A stretch of 41,905 nt of DNA from Verrucomicrobiota bacterium (GCA_026398285.1 JAPLTI010000215.1:1-41905), one strand, 5' to 3'; numbered from the stretch's first letter, positions 17,404-27,005 are shown. The notes: generated from the letters alone by a model not told the origin. Numbers and translations: made by a program.

Positions 17404-17883
17404 ATGAAGCCCCCAAACCTCCCCCATGCTCTTTTAGAAAGACGCTATGGCTTTTCTTTGGTGGAGGTGTGTCTTGCGATAGGGATCGTTTCGTTCAGCT
17501 TGTTGGCCTTATTGGCCTTGGTTCCGAATGGTCTGCAAACCCTTCAAAATGCCGCAATCGAGGCTTCCCTTTCGGCGATCCGAAAGGAAGTGCGTTCGGA
17601 GATGAATACGGCGAATTTTGCGAATCTCTCGGAGAGCCTGCCGCTGCAACTCTGGTATTTTGACCAATCTGGGCGACGCCTGCCAGCATCTGCTCCTGAA
17701 ACGGATCGTTTTTTTCAACTTCGTTTCATGGCATCGGAGCCCGCAATCACGGGACAGGTGGGGGGATTCGAAAGCAGTGCAAAGCGCATGATGTTGAAGG
17801 TTACCTTTCCGGCTTTTGCGCCGCCTTCTTCACAGTCGACAAATATCTTCACCCTGCTTGTGGCCCGACAGTCTTCCCAATAA
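17404..17883 (+). CDS. Prepilin-type N-terminal cleavage/methylation-domain protein (pseudopilin-like 1 of the cassette)
   Basis: The ORF is 17356..17883. The ATG at 17404 gives MKPPNLPHALLERRYG|FSLVEVCLAIGIVSFSLLALLALV. This has the canonical G|FxxxE class III signal with a hydrophobic helix. 159 aa. Confidence 0.8.
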   Translation: MKPPNLPHALLERRYGFSLVEVCLAIGIVSFSLLALLALVPNGLQTLQNAAIEASLSAIRKEVRSEMNTANFANLSESLPLQLWYFDQSGRRLPASAPETDRFFQLRFMASEPAITGQVGGFESSAKRMMLKVTFPAFAPPSSQSTNIFTLLVARQSSQ

Positions 17884-17889
17884 TAAGTT

Positions 17890-18813
17890 ATGGGAAAAAG
17901 TCGTGCCAAACGCTGCTACGGATTTTCGCTGGTTGAAGTTCTCGTGGCGAGTGCAATTCTGGGAGTTCTGGTTATTCTCTTGTCCTCGGCTACCGGTTCA
18001 CTTTTAAACACTTTGCGGAATGCCCATTCCAAGATCGATCAATACTCTGCTGCGCGTGCCGGTTTTGAGCAGATTCTTTCGACACTTTCCCAAGCGACAT
18101 TGAACACTTATTGGGACTACGACAATCCCGCAAATCCAAATAACTATGTCCGCAAATCCGATCTACATCTTTTGATCGCGCCGTCCACAATGGGCCACGC
18201 CGTTTTTTTCCAGGCTCCTCTCTCGAGAAACGGGAATACCACTTCCAGTGGTCTGTTGAACGCTGTGGGATTTTGGGTCGATTTTGGCAGTGATTCCCAA
18301 TGGAAGCCAGGGCATGTGCCGGAGCAATTTCGCTTCCGGTTGATGCAAGGAATTCAACCTGCTGACAGCCTGCAGGTCTTCACGACGACCGATGGATCGT
18401 GGACGAATGCGGTGAAAACCATTCCCGATGTTGGTTTTCCGATCGCGTCAAATGTTCTGGCCCTGATTCTCTGGCCGCGGCTTCCTGTGGTGCAAGATCC
18501 CGAGGGAAATGACTTGAGTGCCAATTTCGCCTACAATTCCCGACAAGGTAGCGCTATTCAAAAAGCACAGCTTCCTCCCTCGGTGCAAGTGACGATGATT
18601 GTGATGGACGAAGCCTCGGCATCCCGCCTGGCATCAGGCTCGGCCGCTCCTACGGCGATCACATCGGCATTCACCAATCGCTTTCAGGATGTCACCCGCT
18701 TTGAGTCCGACTTGGAGGCTGTCCGTGCGGCTCTGACGGCAGCCAAGGTCAATCACCTGGTGCTGTCATCCTCGGTCACTCTGCGCGAGGCAAAATGGAG
18801 CCAGACCCCATGA
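17890..18813 (+). CDS. Prepilin-type N-terminal cleavage/methylation-domain protein (pseudopilin-like 2 of the cassette)
   Basis: 307 aa. MGKSRAKRCYG|FSLVEVLVASAILGVLVILL. It begins 6 nt after the previous stop. Confidence 0.8.
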   Translation: MGKSRAKRCYGFSLVEVLVASAILGVLVILLSSATGSLLNTLRNAHSKIDQYSAARAGFEQILSTLSQATLNTYWDYDNPANPNNYVRKSDLHLLIAPSTMGHAVFFQAPLSRNGNTTSSGLLNAVGFWVDFGSDSQWKPGHVPEQFRFRLMQGIQPADSLQVFTTTDGSWTNAVKTIPDVGFPIASNVLALILWPRLPVVQDPEGNDLSANFAYNSRQGSAIQKAQLPPSVQVTMIVMDEASASRLASGSAAPTAITSAFTNRFQDVTRFESDLEAVRAALTAAKVNHLVLSSSVTLREAKWSQTP

Positions 18814-19364
18814 AAAGACGAGGCTTCTCATTAATTGAATTGCTGGCCGTGGTTGCCGTTCTGGCGATTCTTTTAGTTTTGGTGACACCCGCATTCAATT
18901 CCATCGCCAGTTCCAGCAACATCACGCAAGCCGCTAACATGCTCTCGGGGCAAATCGAACTGGCGCGCCAACTCGCCGAGGTGCGCAACCGCTCGATCGA
19001 GGTGCGAATTTTGAAAAAAAACGGCGACTCCCACTTCTCAGCCCTCCAACTCTGGTGGCCCAGCCTCGGCCAACCCGCAGAAAAGCCGGTTGTTTTCCCT
19101 CAGGGCATGCTACTCAACGAGTCACTCTCCCCTTGGTTGAGCAAGATGGGTAGCGGAACCATGGCTGCCGGTGGATCGTGGGCAGGCGCTACCTATCGGT
19201 CATTTACCATCCGCCCTTCCGGCGAACTCGATCCCCGACCCTCTGCCGGGGATCGCGCCCAGGTTTTCCTCACCATTTCCGCCCGCGAGGAGCCCACACC
19301 CTCAAACTACACCACCATCCAAGTCAACCCCGACACCTCACGCCCCATTCTTTATCGACCATGA
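18810..19364 (+). CDS. Prepilin-type N-terminal cleavage/methylation-domain protein (pseudopilin-like 3 of the cassette)
   Basis: The ORF is 18795..19364. The ATG at 18810 makes an ATGA overlap with the previous stop and gives MKRRG|FSLIELLAVVAVLAILLVLVTPAF. The fold looks GspH/FimT-like. Confidence 0.8.
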   Translation: MKRRGFSLIELLAVVAVLAILLVLVTPAFNSIASSSNITQAANMLSGQIELARQLAEVRNRSIEVRILKKNGDSHFSALQLWWPSLGQPAEKPVVFPQGMLLNESLSPWLSKMGSGTMAAGGSWAGATYRSFTIRPSGELDPRPSAGDRAQVFLTISAREEPTPSNYTTIQVNPDTSRPILYRP

Positions 19365-22300
19365 TGTCCTCCCGCTTCCACAACCGTGGCGCCGCCCTTG
19401 TCATTGTCCTGGGAATGCTGGTGCTTGTTTCCATCGTCGCCATCGGATTTTTCGCACGCACGGTCACGCTGAGAAAATCCACCGCCAACGAGTTGGCTTC
19501 GAGTTCTGCCCGCTCACTGGCTGATACGGCAGTTAATTTGGTGCAAGCCCAGATCGACCACGCCACCACCGCCGGAAATTTTACTTCTTGGGCCTCCCAG
19601 CCGGGTGCGATCCGCCTTTACAACACCTCGGGCACGCTCCGCACGGTCTATCGCCTCTACTCGTCCTCCTCGCTCACCACATCCACTGCCACCGACCTCG
19701 CAGCAGACCTCCCGTCCAGTCCAGACTGGAGGAACTCGAAGTCGCTTTGGGTGGATTTGAACGCCCCAGTCGATATTTCCTCAAATGCAACCCTCACCCG
19801 GCGCTTCCCGATTCTCGATCCATCGTCCATGGGAGCGATCGAGGGGTTTAACAGCAATGGGACTACCTCGATCACCGTTCTCACCAGCAACCAGACCAGC
19901 CGCTCACTGCCGATGCCCGTCCGCTGGATGTATGTCTTGCAGAATGGCGAAATCGTGGCCCCCGCCGCGGCATCGGGCGGAACCGACAGCGTTACTGTCG
20001 CGGGAGCCAGCGCTGCCAATCCGATTGTAGGCCGCATCGCCTTCTGGGCCGATGACAATACCAGCCGCTTGAATATCAACACCGCCGGCGGGCGAGGGAA
20101 TGCGATCTCATCCAACGCCACCTTCTGGGATACCCCGCGCTTCGAAGCGCCCGACGAACGCAACCTCGCCAAATACCAACCAGCCAGCGGCGAATTCCAA
20201 CGCTATCCCGGACATCCCGGCACGACCACACTCGGCAAAGTCTTCCCGTCGCTCACCAGCAATCAAGTCCTGCAGCTCACCCCCCGCTACACCTACGGAG
20301 GCTCCCGCGACGCCACGGTGGCGAATACAGCAAACAACACCTCCAAAGCCGACCGTCTTCTCTCCTCGGCAGGTGAACTCCTTTACACTCCTGACCGATC
20401 GGCGACACCCCTCCTCTCCGCAGACCAACTCGAAGGCGTGAAATTCCTCCTCACCTCACACAGTCGCTCGCCGGAACTCACCCTCTTTGGCACGCCCCGC
20501 ATCAGTGTTTGGCCGATCCACGCGAACGCGGCATCTGCCTGGCGCTCTCCCAAAGACCTGTTGCTGGCCCGCGCAGCCACAGTCAATGGCAATCAAACCT
20601 ACCACTTCACCCGCTCCGATTCACAGAGCTGCACCACCGATATCAACCTGCCGCGAAATCTCAGCCTTTTGAATTATCTCGATCACCTCACGCAGCAAAA
20701 CATCCCGGGCTGGGGCGCGAGTTTTACCACCAAATACCCAGCCGACCGCCGCGATATCCTCACCAAAATTTTTGACTATGTGCGCATCACCAATCTGCAA
20801 GACCCCCTTCTTGCTCCAGCCAACCGATATTCATCCAATAGCTCCACAAGCGCTGGGATCGTGGCGCCTGCAATCCACCCGACTTGGAACACTCGGGGAT
20901 TTGGGAGATTTGAGGTCCTCGCTGATGCCGGCTTCCTCCTGGTCGGTGTGGGGCAGGGGAATCTTACTGTTAACGCCACAACCACGAACGCCACGGTCTT
21001 AACCTCCCAAGCAGGCACTCTCTACGACTCGGGAAATTCTACATCTTGGGCTAACGCCGCGAGCCGCCTCCCGGCAGATGGTAAAGTGGCGGTTCAAGGA
21101 TTGTTTCTCATGAGTTTCTTCAATCCAGCCATGGGATATGCGGAAACAAAATCCGGATTCAGCCTGCGCATCCAAGGCCTTAACTCGGCAACACTCGATG
21201 GTGTCGCCATGGATTTCCCGGCAGACGATTGGATTTATTGTGATCCGGCCCAAAATGGAACAGTCAACCAGCCTCCCGGAACCCGTGGATTTGGGGCAGT
21301 CATCGATTCGCGAAAACTCATCTTCTATCTGCAAGGAGGTCCCAAAGCCCGCTCTTTAGGGTTTGGTGACCTTGGGCGCCGAACCACATACCCGTTTTTC
21401 AGTAGAAACATTATTCCGGTTTCCGCAAACGCCCCATCGGTATCGTTCACGGCAGGAAATGTGACACTGGCGTTGTTCAGTGGAAATGGAGCCCAAAATT
21501 CGGAGCCGCAAAAATGGATTTCCACCTACACCTTGGATTTCAGTCAACTTCCAGGAACGATTCCGACTCCGAAGCTTGCCCGCAACAGAGGATTCGGATT
21601 GACGGCTTCCAATGCTGCGGAGGGAGGCTATCAAAGGGATCGTTTTCATCTCGCTTCGAACATGCTTGGGAGTTCCACCACAAGTCCCCAGACAAGTTTT
21701 TATGCCGGTGGATACACCTATGTCTGTGGATTGGTTGAACCGGACCGGGATGTGTTTTACACATTGGCTCCGAGTGGAAACTTCACAGACTATCGATTGT
21801 TGAATCGTGCCCAGGTTCCTGCAGCAGCTTTTAACCCCCACCCCAATGCGAATGGGATAAATCGCTCAGCCTTTTTAGGTATGATGGGGGCAGGGTTTCA
21901 AATGGCTGGAAGCGGACCCTACGGAAAGCTCTCTCAAAGCGCCTCTTATTACGAGCCGTCAATCATTTCGAATGCCAGTGGAAATCTCACCCTCGGCAAT
22001 CTCACCCCCAATCCGGCCCAGCCTGCGGTGCCATCCGGTTTGAACGGAGCCTTCTCGGCCAACAATTCCAGTGTCCCTGGCGACTGGGACAATGGCATGG
22101 GCATCGTGATGGACGGCCCTTACATCAACAAACCGGATGACGGAAACCAAAAAAACATCAGCACTGGCATTCCCTTCTTTGATTCGGATTTTTACTACGC
22201 TGAGATTCTTGGAGGCGGTCTATTCTCGCCCAACCGCATGATCCCTTCCGCCGGGATGTTTGGTTCGCTACCGACCGGAGTTCTTTCAGCCCAACCGTGG

Positions 22301-23083
22301 CAGACGCTTCTCTTCCGGCCCGGGCCGCTTGGCCACAAGGGGCTGGAGTCGCCTCGCGACCACCTGCTACTCGATCTCTTTTGGATGCCCGTGGTCGAGC
22401 CATATGCCATCAGTGAACCGTTTTCCACCGCTGGGAAGGTCAATATGAATTACCAAATTCAGCCCTTCACCTACATCGACCGCAAGACCCCGCTTCTGTC
22501 CGTTTTGGATTCCGAACGAATCGCCAAGGTGAGAAGAGGTGATGCCGATAAATACAAAAAATTGGATATTGGCATCGGCTCCAATGCACGCCTCCCCCTG
22601 AACCTGAGTGAAACCGACGGCACGCTGCGACAATTCCGGGAGAGATTCGCAGCGAATGAGATTTTCAAATCCCCGACGGAAATTTGCGATGTGTTTCTCG
22701 TTCCACAAGGCTCGAGCTGGTCCACGGATGCAGCCGCCCGCACAGCCTGGTATGGCGATGATTTCGGTTTGGTCGGCGACAACACGCGCGAGCGCCCCTA
22801 CGCAAACCTCCTTGGCCGTGTCACCACGAAATCGAATACCTTCACCGTCTACTACACAGTGCAGGCTCTCAAAAATCCGGCCAGCCTGCCGCAGGATATA
22901 TGGAACGAGTCGAAGGGCGTCGTAATGAGCGAATACCGTGGAAACACGACACTCGAGCGATACATCAACCCCAACGACACGCGCATTCCAGACTATGCGG
23001 CCGTCCCAAGCAAAATCGCCACAGATCCGCTGGATAAATACTACAACTGGCGAATCATCGAACAAACACAGTTTGCCCCGTAA
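19361..23083 (+). CDS. Giant (~1,240 aa) PilX_N/GspK-like N-terminal-helix protein, the fourth gene of the cassette (recalled TIGRFAMs name 'Verru_Chthon cassette protein A'; not verified)
   Basis: The ORF is 19178..23083. The ATG at 19361 makes an ATGA overlap with the previous stop and gives MMSSRFHNRGAALVIVLGMLVLVSIVAIGFFARTV. This is the RG-x-ALV-x-VL hydrophobic N-terminus seen in PilX/GspK minor (pseudo)pilins. The remainder is a long Ser/Thr/Asn-rich body with no motifs I recognise. Confidence 0.85.
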   Translation: MMSSRFHNRGAALVIVLGMLVLVSIVAIGFFARTVTLRKSTANELASSSARSLADTAVNLVQAQIDHATTAGNFTSWASQPGAIRLYNTSGTLRTVYRLYSSSSLTTSTATDLAADLPSSPDWRNSKSLWVDLNAPVDISSNATLTRRFPILDPSSMGAIEGFNSNGTTSITVLTSNQTSRSLPMPVRWMYVLQNGEIVAPAAASGGTDSVTVAGASAANPIVGRIAFWADDNTSRLNINTAGGRGNAISSNATFWDTPRFEAPDERNLAKYQPASGEFQRYPGHPGTTTLGKVFPSLTSNQVLQLTPRYTYGGSRDATVANTANNTSKADRLLSSAGELLYTPDRSATPLLSADQLEGVKFLLTSHSRSPELTLFGTPRISVWPIHANAASAWRSPKDLLLARAATVNGNQTYHFTRSDSQSCTTDINLPRNLSLLNYLDHLTQQNIPGWGASFTTKYPADRRDILTKIFDYVRITNLQDPLLAPANRYSSNSSTSAGIVAPAIHPTWNTRGFGRFEVLADAGFLLVGVGQGNLTVNATTTNATVLTSQAGTLYDSGNSTSWANAASRLPADGKVAVQGLFLMSFFNPAMGYAETKSGFSLRIQGLNSATLDGVAMDFPADDWIYCDPAQNGTVNQPPGTRGFGAVIDSRKLIFYLQGGPKARSLGFGDLGRRTTYPFFSRNIIPVSANAPSVSFTAGNVTLALFSGNGAQNSEPQKWISTYTLDFSQLPGTIPTPKLARNRGFGLTASNAAEGGYQRDRFHLASNMLGSSTTSPQTSFYAGGYTYVCGLVEPDRDVFYTLAPSGNFTDYRLLNRAQVPAAAFNPHPNANGINRSAFLGMMGAGFQMAGSGPYGKLSQSASYYEPSIISNASGNLTLGNLTPNPAQPAVPSGLNGAFSANNSSVPGDWDNGMGIVMDGPYINKPDDGNQKNISTGIPFFDSDFYYAEILGGGLFSPNRMIPSAGMFGSLPTGVLSAQPWQTLLFRPGPLGHKGLESPRDHLLLDLFWMPVVEPYAISEPFSTAGKVNMNYQIQPFTYIDRKTPLLSVLDSERIAKVRRGDADKYKKLDIGIGSNARLPLNLSETDGTLRQFRERFAANEIFKSPTEICDVFLVPQGSSWSTDAAARTAWYGDDFGLVGDNTRERPYANLLGRVTTKSNTFTVYYTVQALKNPASLPQDIWNESKGVVMSEYRGNTTLERYINPNDTRIPDYAAVPSKIATDPLDKYYNWRIIEQTQFAP

Positions 23084-23123
23084 ACCAGCTGGGAATGCGG
23101 AGCCCGGGCGACATGCTGAAAGC

Positions 23124-24296
23124 CTAAGCTAGCTTCGGTGAGAACGCAGGGACACCGTTGATCAAAATCCGGCAGATTACAAGTGTGGCAGCTGGCGGAT
23201 TATACTTCCTGTCCAGACGCAACAAAAGATCGTGGGGGGCATCGGGCAGATCATCGGCGAGGATCAGAGTCCAAGGTAAATACAAGTCTTGGCTCCAAGC
23301 CGTCGCGGTCTCGAAACGGCGTAAGGGCCCGCCATCGCAAGAGACATCCAGCACTCCGGTCTTCGGGCCTGAAGCAATAAGGATCCCCGCGGCCGTGCCG
23401 TGAAAGAGAAGGCGCAACTCCGCGCCGGGGCAAGAGGCAACCAATGCCGGCACATCCACAAAGCCCGGTCGCGTCTTGGCAGGGAGGTCGGGAATCCATC
23501 GCTGGACAAGTTGGAAGCCCTGCACGATACGAGCCTCTTCGAGCGGCGCGAAGCGGCCATGGAAATAACTGGCGGAATCCGTCGGAGAGATAGGCAAGGC
23601 ATGGGGCGCTGCCATCGTCCCCGTGCCGCTCCAAGCAGCCTCGAGAAGGCGATTCACCCCGGCCGCATAAAGCGCGTGCCCAAATGGAGAGGGATGCAAA
23701 TCCTGAAAATCCCGGTCCCAAGTGAACTCTCCGGCTCGAATGCGCTCGAAGACTTCCCGTGACAAGTGGAGTGAGGGATTGCCATAGGCCTCCGCGATGC
23801 GTTCGTGCTCTGCAATCGCCTTCGGCACGCGACCCTCCTGATAATCGGCCAAGTGCTCAGGCATGGCAAAGTGCAGGTGAATGACATCAGTGAGAGGATT
23901 GGCCATACGAACATGGCGGACAATGCCCTCCATGCCACGACGCATGCGGTCTGGGTCATTGGGGATATTCACGGTATCGTTCACCGCGGCCTCGACAATA
24001 AGCAGGTCGATATCACCCTTCGAAAGCACATCGCTCTCCAGCCGGAAGGCGTGGGGCACCGAGCCAAGCGAGCCGATTCCCGCCGCCACGAAATCGAACT
24101 GCGTTTCCGGAAACCTCGCACGCAAAGAATCCATCACCAGATTCCGCCAACCCTCACTTTGCGTGATCGAACCGCCAAGAAAAGCTACGCGCCCGCATCG
24201 AGCCTGCTCGAACCGCGCACGGCAGTTCGCTAATCCCCCGCGCAAATCAAAAAATTTCGACCAATCACACATTGTCACTTGAGAGGGAAAAATCAT
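23124..24296 (-). CDS. SGNH-hydrolase-type esterase (no signal peptide)
   Basis: 390 aa. The motifs are VAFLGGSITQSEGW (a block I variant, GS instead of GDS), GIGSLGS, and IVEAAVNDT (block III). There is an extra C-terminal beta-rich domain. Its start overlaps the upstream stop (ATGA). Confidence 0.75.
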   Translation of the reverse strand: MIFPSQVTMCDWSKFFDLRGGLANCRARFEQARCGRVAFLGGSITQSEGWRNLVMDSLRARFPETQFDFVAAGIGSLGSVPHAFRLESDVLSKGDIDLLIVEAAVNDTVNIPNDPDRMRRGMEGIVRHVRMANPLTDVIHLHFAMPEHLADYQEGRVPKAIAEHERIAEAYGNPSLHLSREVFERIRAGEFTWDRDFQDLHPSPFGHALYAAGVNRLLEAAWSGTGTMAAPHALPISPTDSASYFHGRFAPLEEARIVQGFQLVQRWIPDLPAKTRPGFVDVPALVASCPGAELRLLFHGTAAGILIASGPKTGVLDVSCDGGPLRRFETATAWSQDLYLPWTLILADDLPDAPHDLLLRLDRKYNPPAATLVICRILINGVPAFSPKLA

Positions 24297-25903
24297 TTTT
24301 TCGAAAAGGGAACCGCCACTTCAAATGGCGCTGCAGGCAGACCAGATGAATTGAAAAGCGTGACATCCGGGTTGTCGCACCAACCATAGCGCACCCACTG
24401 CGGAGCCTGCACTGGAGCAGCTTCGAGAACGAGGCTGCCCTCCTCCAGGCGGGTGGTGGCAGGGAAAAACTTCTTATCTCTGCCTGCCAGTTCCAGTCCA
24501 GTTCCTGACGCGGTTTTCAGCACAACCTTTTCGTCCATGCCTCCAGCATCGAAGCGGATTCTAACGGCATCACCTTCTGGCGAGACCTCTGCCACACGTG
24601 GTCCGTGAGCCGTGACATTGCGACCATAGACCTCCTTCAAGGCGACCAGCGCCAATCGCGTGCCAACACCTTTTTTATCGGGCGGATGGATGGTTTTGGC
24701 GTCTCCCAAATCCAATCCAATCGCGATGTGACAATGGGGAACTGTCTCGGCGATCGTCTGCTGGTCGGCACGCATCTGAACCCACTTGTTGGTGGTTTTC
24801 GAATGAAAATTAACCAACTGCATGAGGATAAATGGCAAGTCATCCTGACGCCACGCCGCACGCCAACCTGAAATGACCTGTCCCATCAGCCAGACATAGT
24901 CGCCTTTGGCTTCCGCATTGCTCTCCCCTTGATACCACAGCACACCTTTGATGGTCTGCGAGGTCACTGGTTGGATTTTGGGAGTGAAGAGGCTTCCCAT
25001 ATTCTCGACGGCGCGCGCGTCTGCGACGGCCTGCTGCTGCTCGCTTGTGAGGGTGCGGACGGGTTGGACGGGGGGAGGGAGACCTGCCTCTTTGGCTTTT
25101 TTCTCCTCCTGCCTCCACTTCACAATCGCATCGTTCTCCACTGTCCACACAGGGAGTAACTCCGCCAAGGTCTTGCGAGCCCCTTCGCGAGCCTTTTCCG
25201 GAAGAGCTTCGCGAAGGGCGGGAGGAGCCCAGGGTTCCGCACGGGAGCCTCCTGTAGCCGCCAAGATCAAGCCGATCGGCACCTGGAGTTCCTTCTGCAA
25301 AAACGAGCCAAAGTAGTAACCCGCCGCCGAGAATTTTGCCGTCGATTCTGGAGTGCAGGCGGTCCACGGGCCGCTGTTGTTCGTGGAAATGTAAAAGCGC
25401 AAAAGCGGATTCCCTGCTTTGGCAACCTCCTCGGCAGCATTGTTGATCCCACCGTAGGCATGCGGGGTCATCTCCATATTCGACTGTCCCGAGCACACCC
25501 AAACATCTCCAGCCAACAAATCCGTGAGGGTGATGGTGTTGTTTCCTTGAATCACAAGATCGGGAACCGGGCCGGCTTTGAGCACAGGCAACTCCACCGA
25601 CCACATGGTTTGCTGGCCGCGCCCGATCGACTCGGCAACAACCTGGCCGCCAGACTTGATCTGAATTTTTTCGCCTTCATCCGCCCAACCCGCCAAACGG
25701 GCGGGAACATCCCGCTGCAAGACCATCCCGCTTGAAAAACCTGGCGCCAGCCGCACACCGGCTTCCACAGTGGGCAAGAACGTAGTGCTCAACAAAAAAC
25801 TCACGCCGAGTGCGTGAAGCGGGAAGCAGCGCGCGCGCGCGCGCGCGCCCGAATGATCTGAAAATGAAGGGCAGGTTTTTTTTCGGGAATTATGGTTTTT
25901 CAT
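24293..25903 (-). CDS. Secreted sialate-O-acetylesterase-like carbohydrate esterase (DUF303/SASA family)
   Basis: The ORF is 24293..26110. I prefer the ATG at 25903 (MKNHNSRKK...FPLHALGVSFLLSTTFLPTVEA signal) because the upstream part overlaps the end of the preceding gene. Family motifs are SSGMVLQRD, DVWVCSGQSNME and GVLWYQGESN. Confidence 0.8.
   Translation of the reverse strand: MKNHNSRKKTCPSFSDHSGARARARCFPLHALGVSFLLSTTFLPTVEAGVRLAPGFSSGMVLQRDVPARLAGWADEGEKIQIKSGGQVVAESIGRGQQTMWSVELPVLKAGPVPDLVIQGNNTITLTDLLAGDVWVCSGQSNMEMTPHAYGGINNAAEEVAKAGNPLLRFYISTNNSGPWTACTPESTAKFSAAGYYFGSFLQKELQVPIGLILAATGGSRAEPWAPPALREALPEKAREGARKTLAELLPVWTVENDAIVKWRQEEKKAKEAGLPPPVQPVRTLTSEQQQAVADARAVENMGSLFTPKIQPVTSQTIKGVLWYQGESNAEAKGDYVWLMGQVISGWRAAWRQDDLPFILMQLVNFHSKTTNKWVQMRADQQTIAETVPHCHIAIGLDLGDAKTIHPPDKKGVGTRLALVALKEVYGRNVTAHGPRVAEVSPEGDAVRIRFDAGGMDEKVVLKTASGTGLELAGRDKKFFPATTRLEEGSLVLEAAPVQAPQWVRYGWCDNPDVTLFNSSGLPAAPFEVAVPFSKK
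25829..25848. repeat. (GC)10 dinucleotide tract inside the signal-peptide n-region of the O-acetylesterase-like gene
   Basis: Direct reading gives ...ggaagca(GC)x10 ccgaatg. On the coding (minus) strand it encodes ...SGARARARCF.... Confidence 0.95.
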
Positions 25904-25958
25904 GATTGGAAGATTGCATTTCAAGCCACTGCATCGCCTGCCTCTCGCCTTGGGTTTT

Positions 25959-27005
25959 TCAGCGTTCCATGTAGCCCGAGGCGATACTGGGTGAGGCTTG
26001 CAATAATTTTTGTGGGATGATTTTGCTGAGTCTCTGAATTTCCGCCTGCTCTTGGGCAATCTCGTTGAGACGGTTCGCATCCGATGACGGATCCAGAAAT
26101 CTTTTTTCAATCGACATCCCTGCCAGTTGATCGATCAAAAGCTCGTATTCTCCGGACTGAAGATTTTGGCCTATTGTCAACCCAGCCGAGCGGATCGTGG
26201 CCGCAGTCTCCGGGTCGGAGGTAGCCTGAAGGCTTTTGAGTTGTTTCGATAAATCGATCAACTGGGGAATGACCGTTCGTGGAAAACACATGAGACCTGC
26301 CACCTGAGCATCCATACCTTGAAAGCCGGCGGAAAGATGGGCGTCCTCGAAGGCTTGCATGAACGAACGCGAAAAATCATCCACATCTGTCTTGTTCAAC
26401 GAGGCAGCCAAATCTTTCAGGGCCTCGCTCTGGCGGCCCTGCTTGAGGTGGTCAAGTGCGGAGAGGTAGTCGCCCATCGCGTTGTCGGGGTCCACTGCTT
26501 GCAATTTCTCGATGGCCGAGCGTCGTTCGACGAGGTCATCCGTCGAAATCGCCATGTGGGCTTGAATGGCGGGATCCTCAGGAAATTTCAATGCCGCCTC
26601 GCGCAAGGAAGGCTTCCCCTCCCGAAGATAGGCTGCGGCAATCCATGCATCTGGATCGGAAGAATTGGCCGCCAGGTATTTTTGGATTTGAGCCTCCGGC
26701 AACTTGCCCAATTTGAGCAATTCGCCGGAGGGATTGCCGCCCAGAAGCTCCTCCAACCAAAGCCTCCATTTTTGACCTGACCTCGGAGATGCTGGGGCTT
26801 TTGGCATTTTCATTTCCGGTGCGATGTCCTCTTGGGGATCAAATGAAGCCCTCTCAGTCGCGACTCGGCTGGCCATGGGCTTTGCGGATGCGACCGTCGC
26901 ATTCTGCTCCTCGGCTCGGTAGGTCCCTCCACGAAGGAAAAAACCTATCAACACACCAACAAGGAGCAAAACAGCGCCCACAGCCAGGCGTATGGTTGGC
27001 TTCAT
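25959..27005 (-). CDS. Membrane-anchored hypothetical protein (N-terminal TM helix, helical-repeat-like body)
   Basis: The ORF is 25959..27206. The ATG at 27005 gives MKPTIRLAVGAVLLLVGVLIGFFL and avoids overlap with the 3' end of the FAD oxidoreductase gene (stop at 27037). The body is alpha-helical and acidic, with no motif I recognise. Confidence 0.6.
   Translation of the reverse strand: MKPTIRLAVGAVLLLVGVLIGFFLRGGTYRAEEQNATVASAKPMASRVATERASFDPQEDIAPEMKMPKAPASPRSGQKWRLWLEELLGGNPSGELLKLGKLPEAQIQKYLAANSSDPDAWIAAAYLREGKPSLREAALKFPEDPAIQAHMAISTDDLVERRSAIEKLQAVDPDNAMGDYLSALDHLKQGRQSEALKDLAASLNKTDVDDFSRSFMQAFEDAHLSAGFQGMDAQVAGLMCFPRTVIPQLIDLSKQLKSLQATSDPETAATIRSAGLTIGQNLQSGEYELLIDQLAGMSIEKRFLDPSSDANRLNEIAQEQAEIQRLSKIIPQKLLQASPSIASGYMER

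Noticed and set aside
23084-23123. I expected a bidirectional terminator in the 40-bp gap between the convergent giant cassette gene and the SGNH esterase gene.
   Set aside because: I found no convincing GC-rich stem followed by a T-run on either strand by eye. No terminator is reported.
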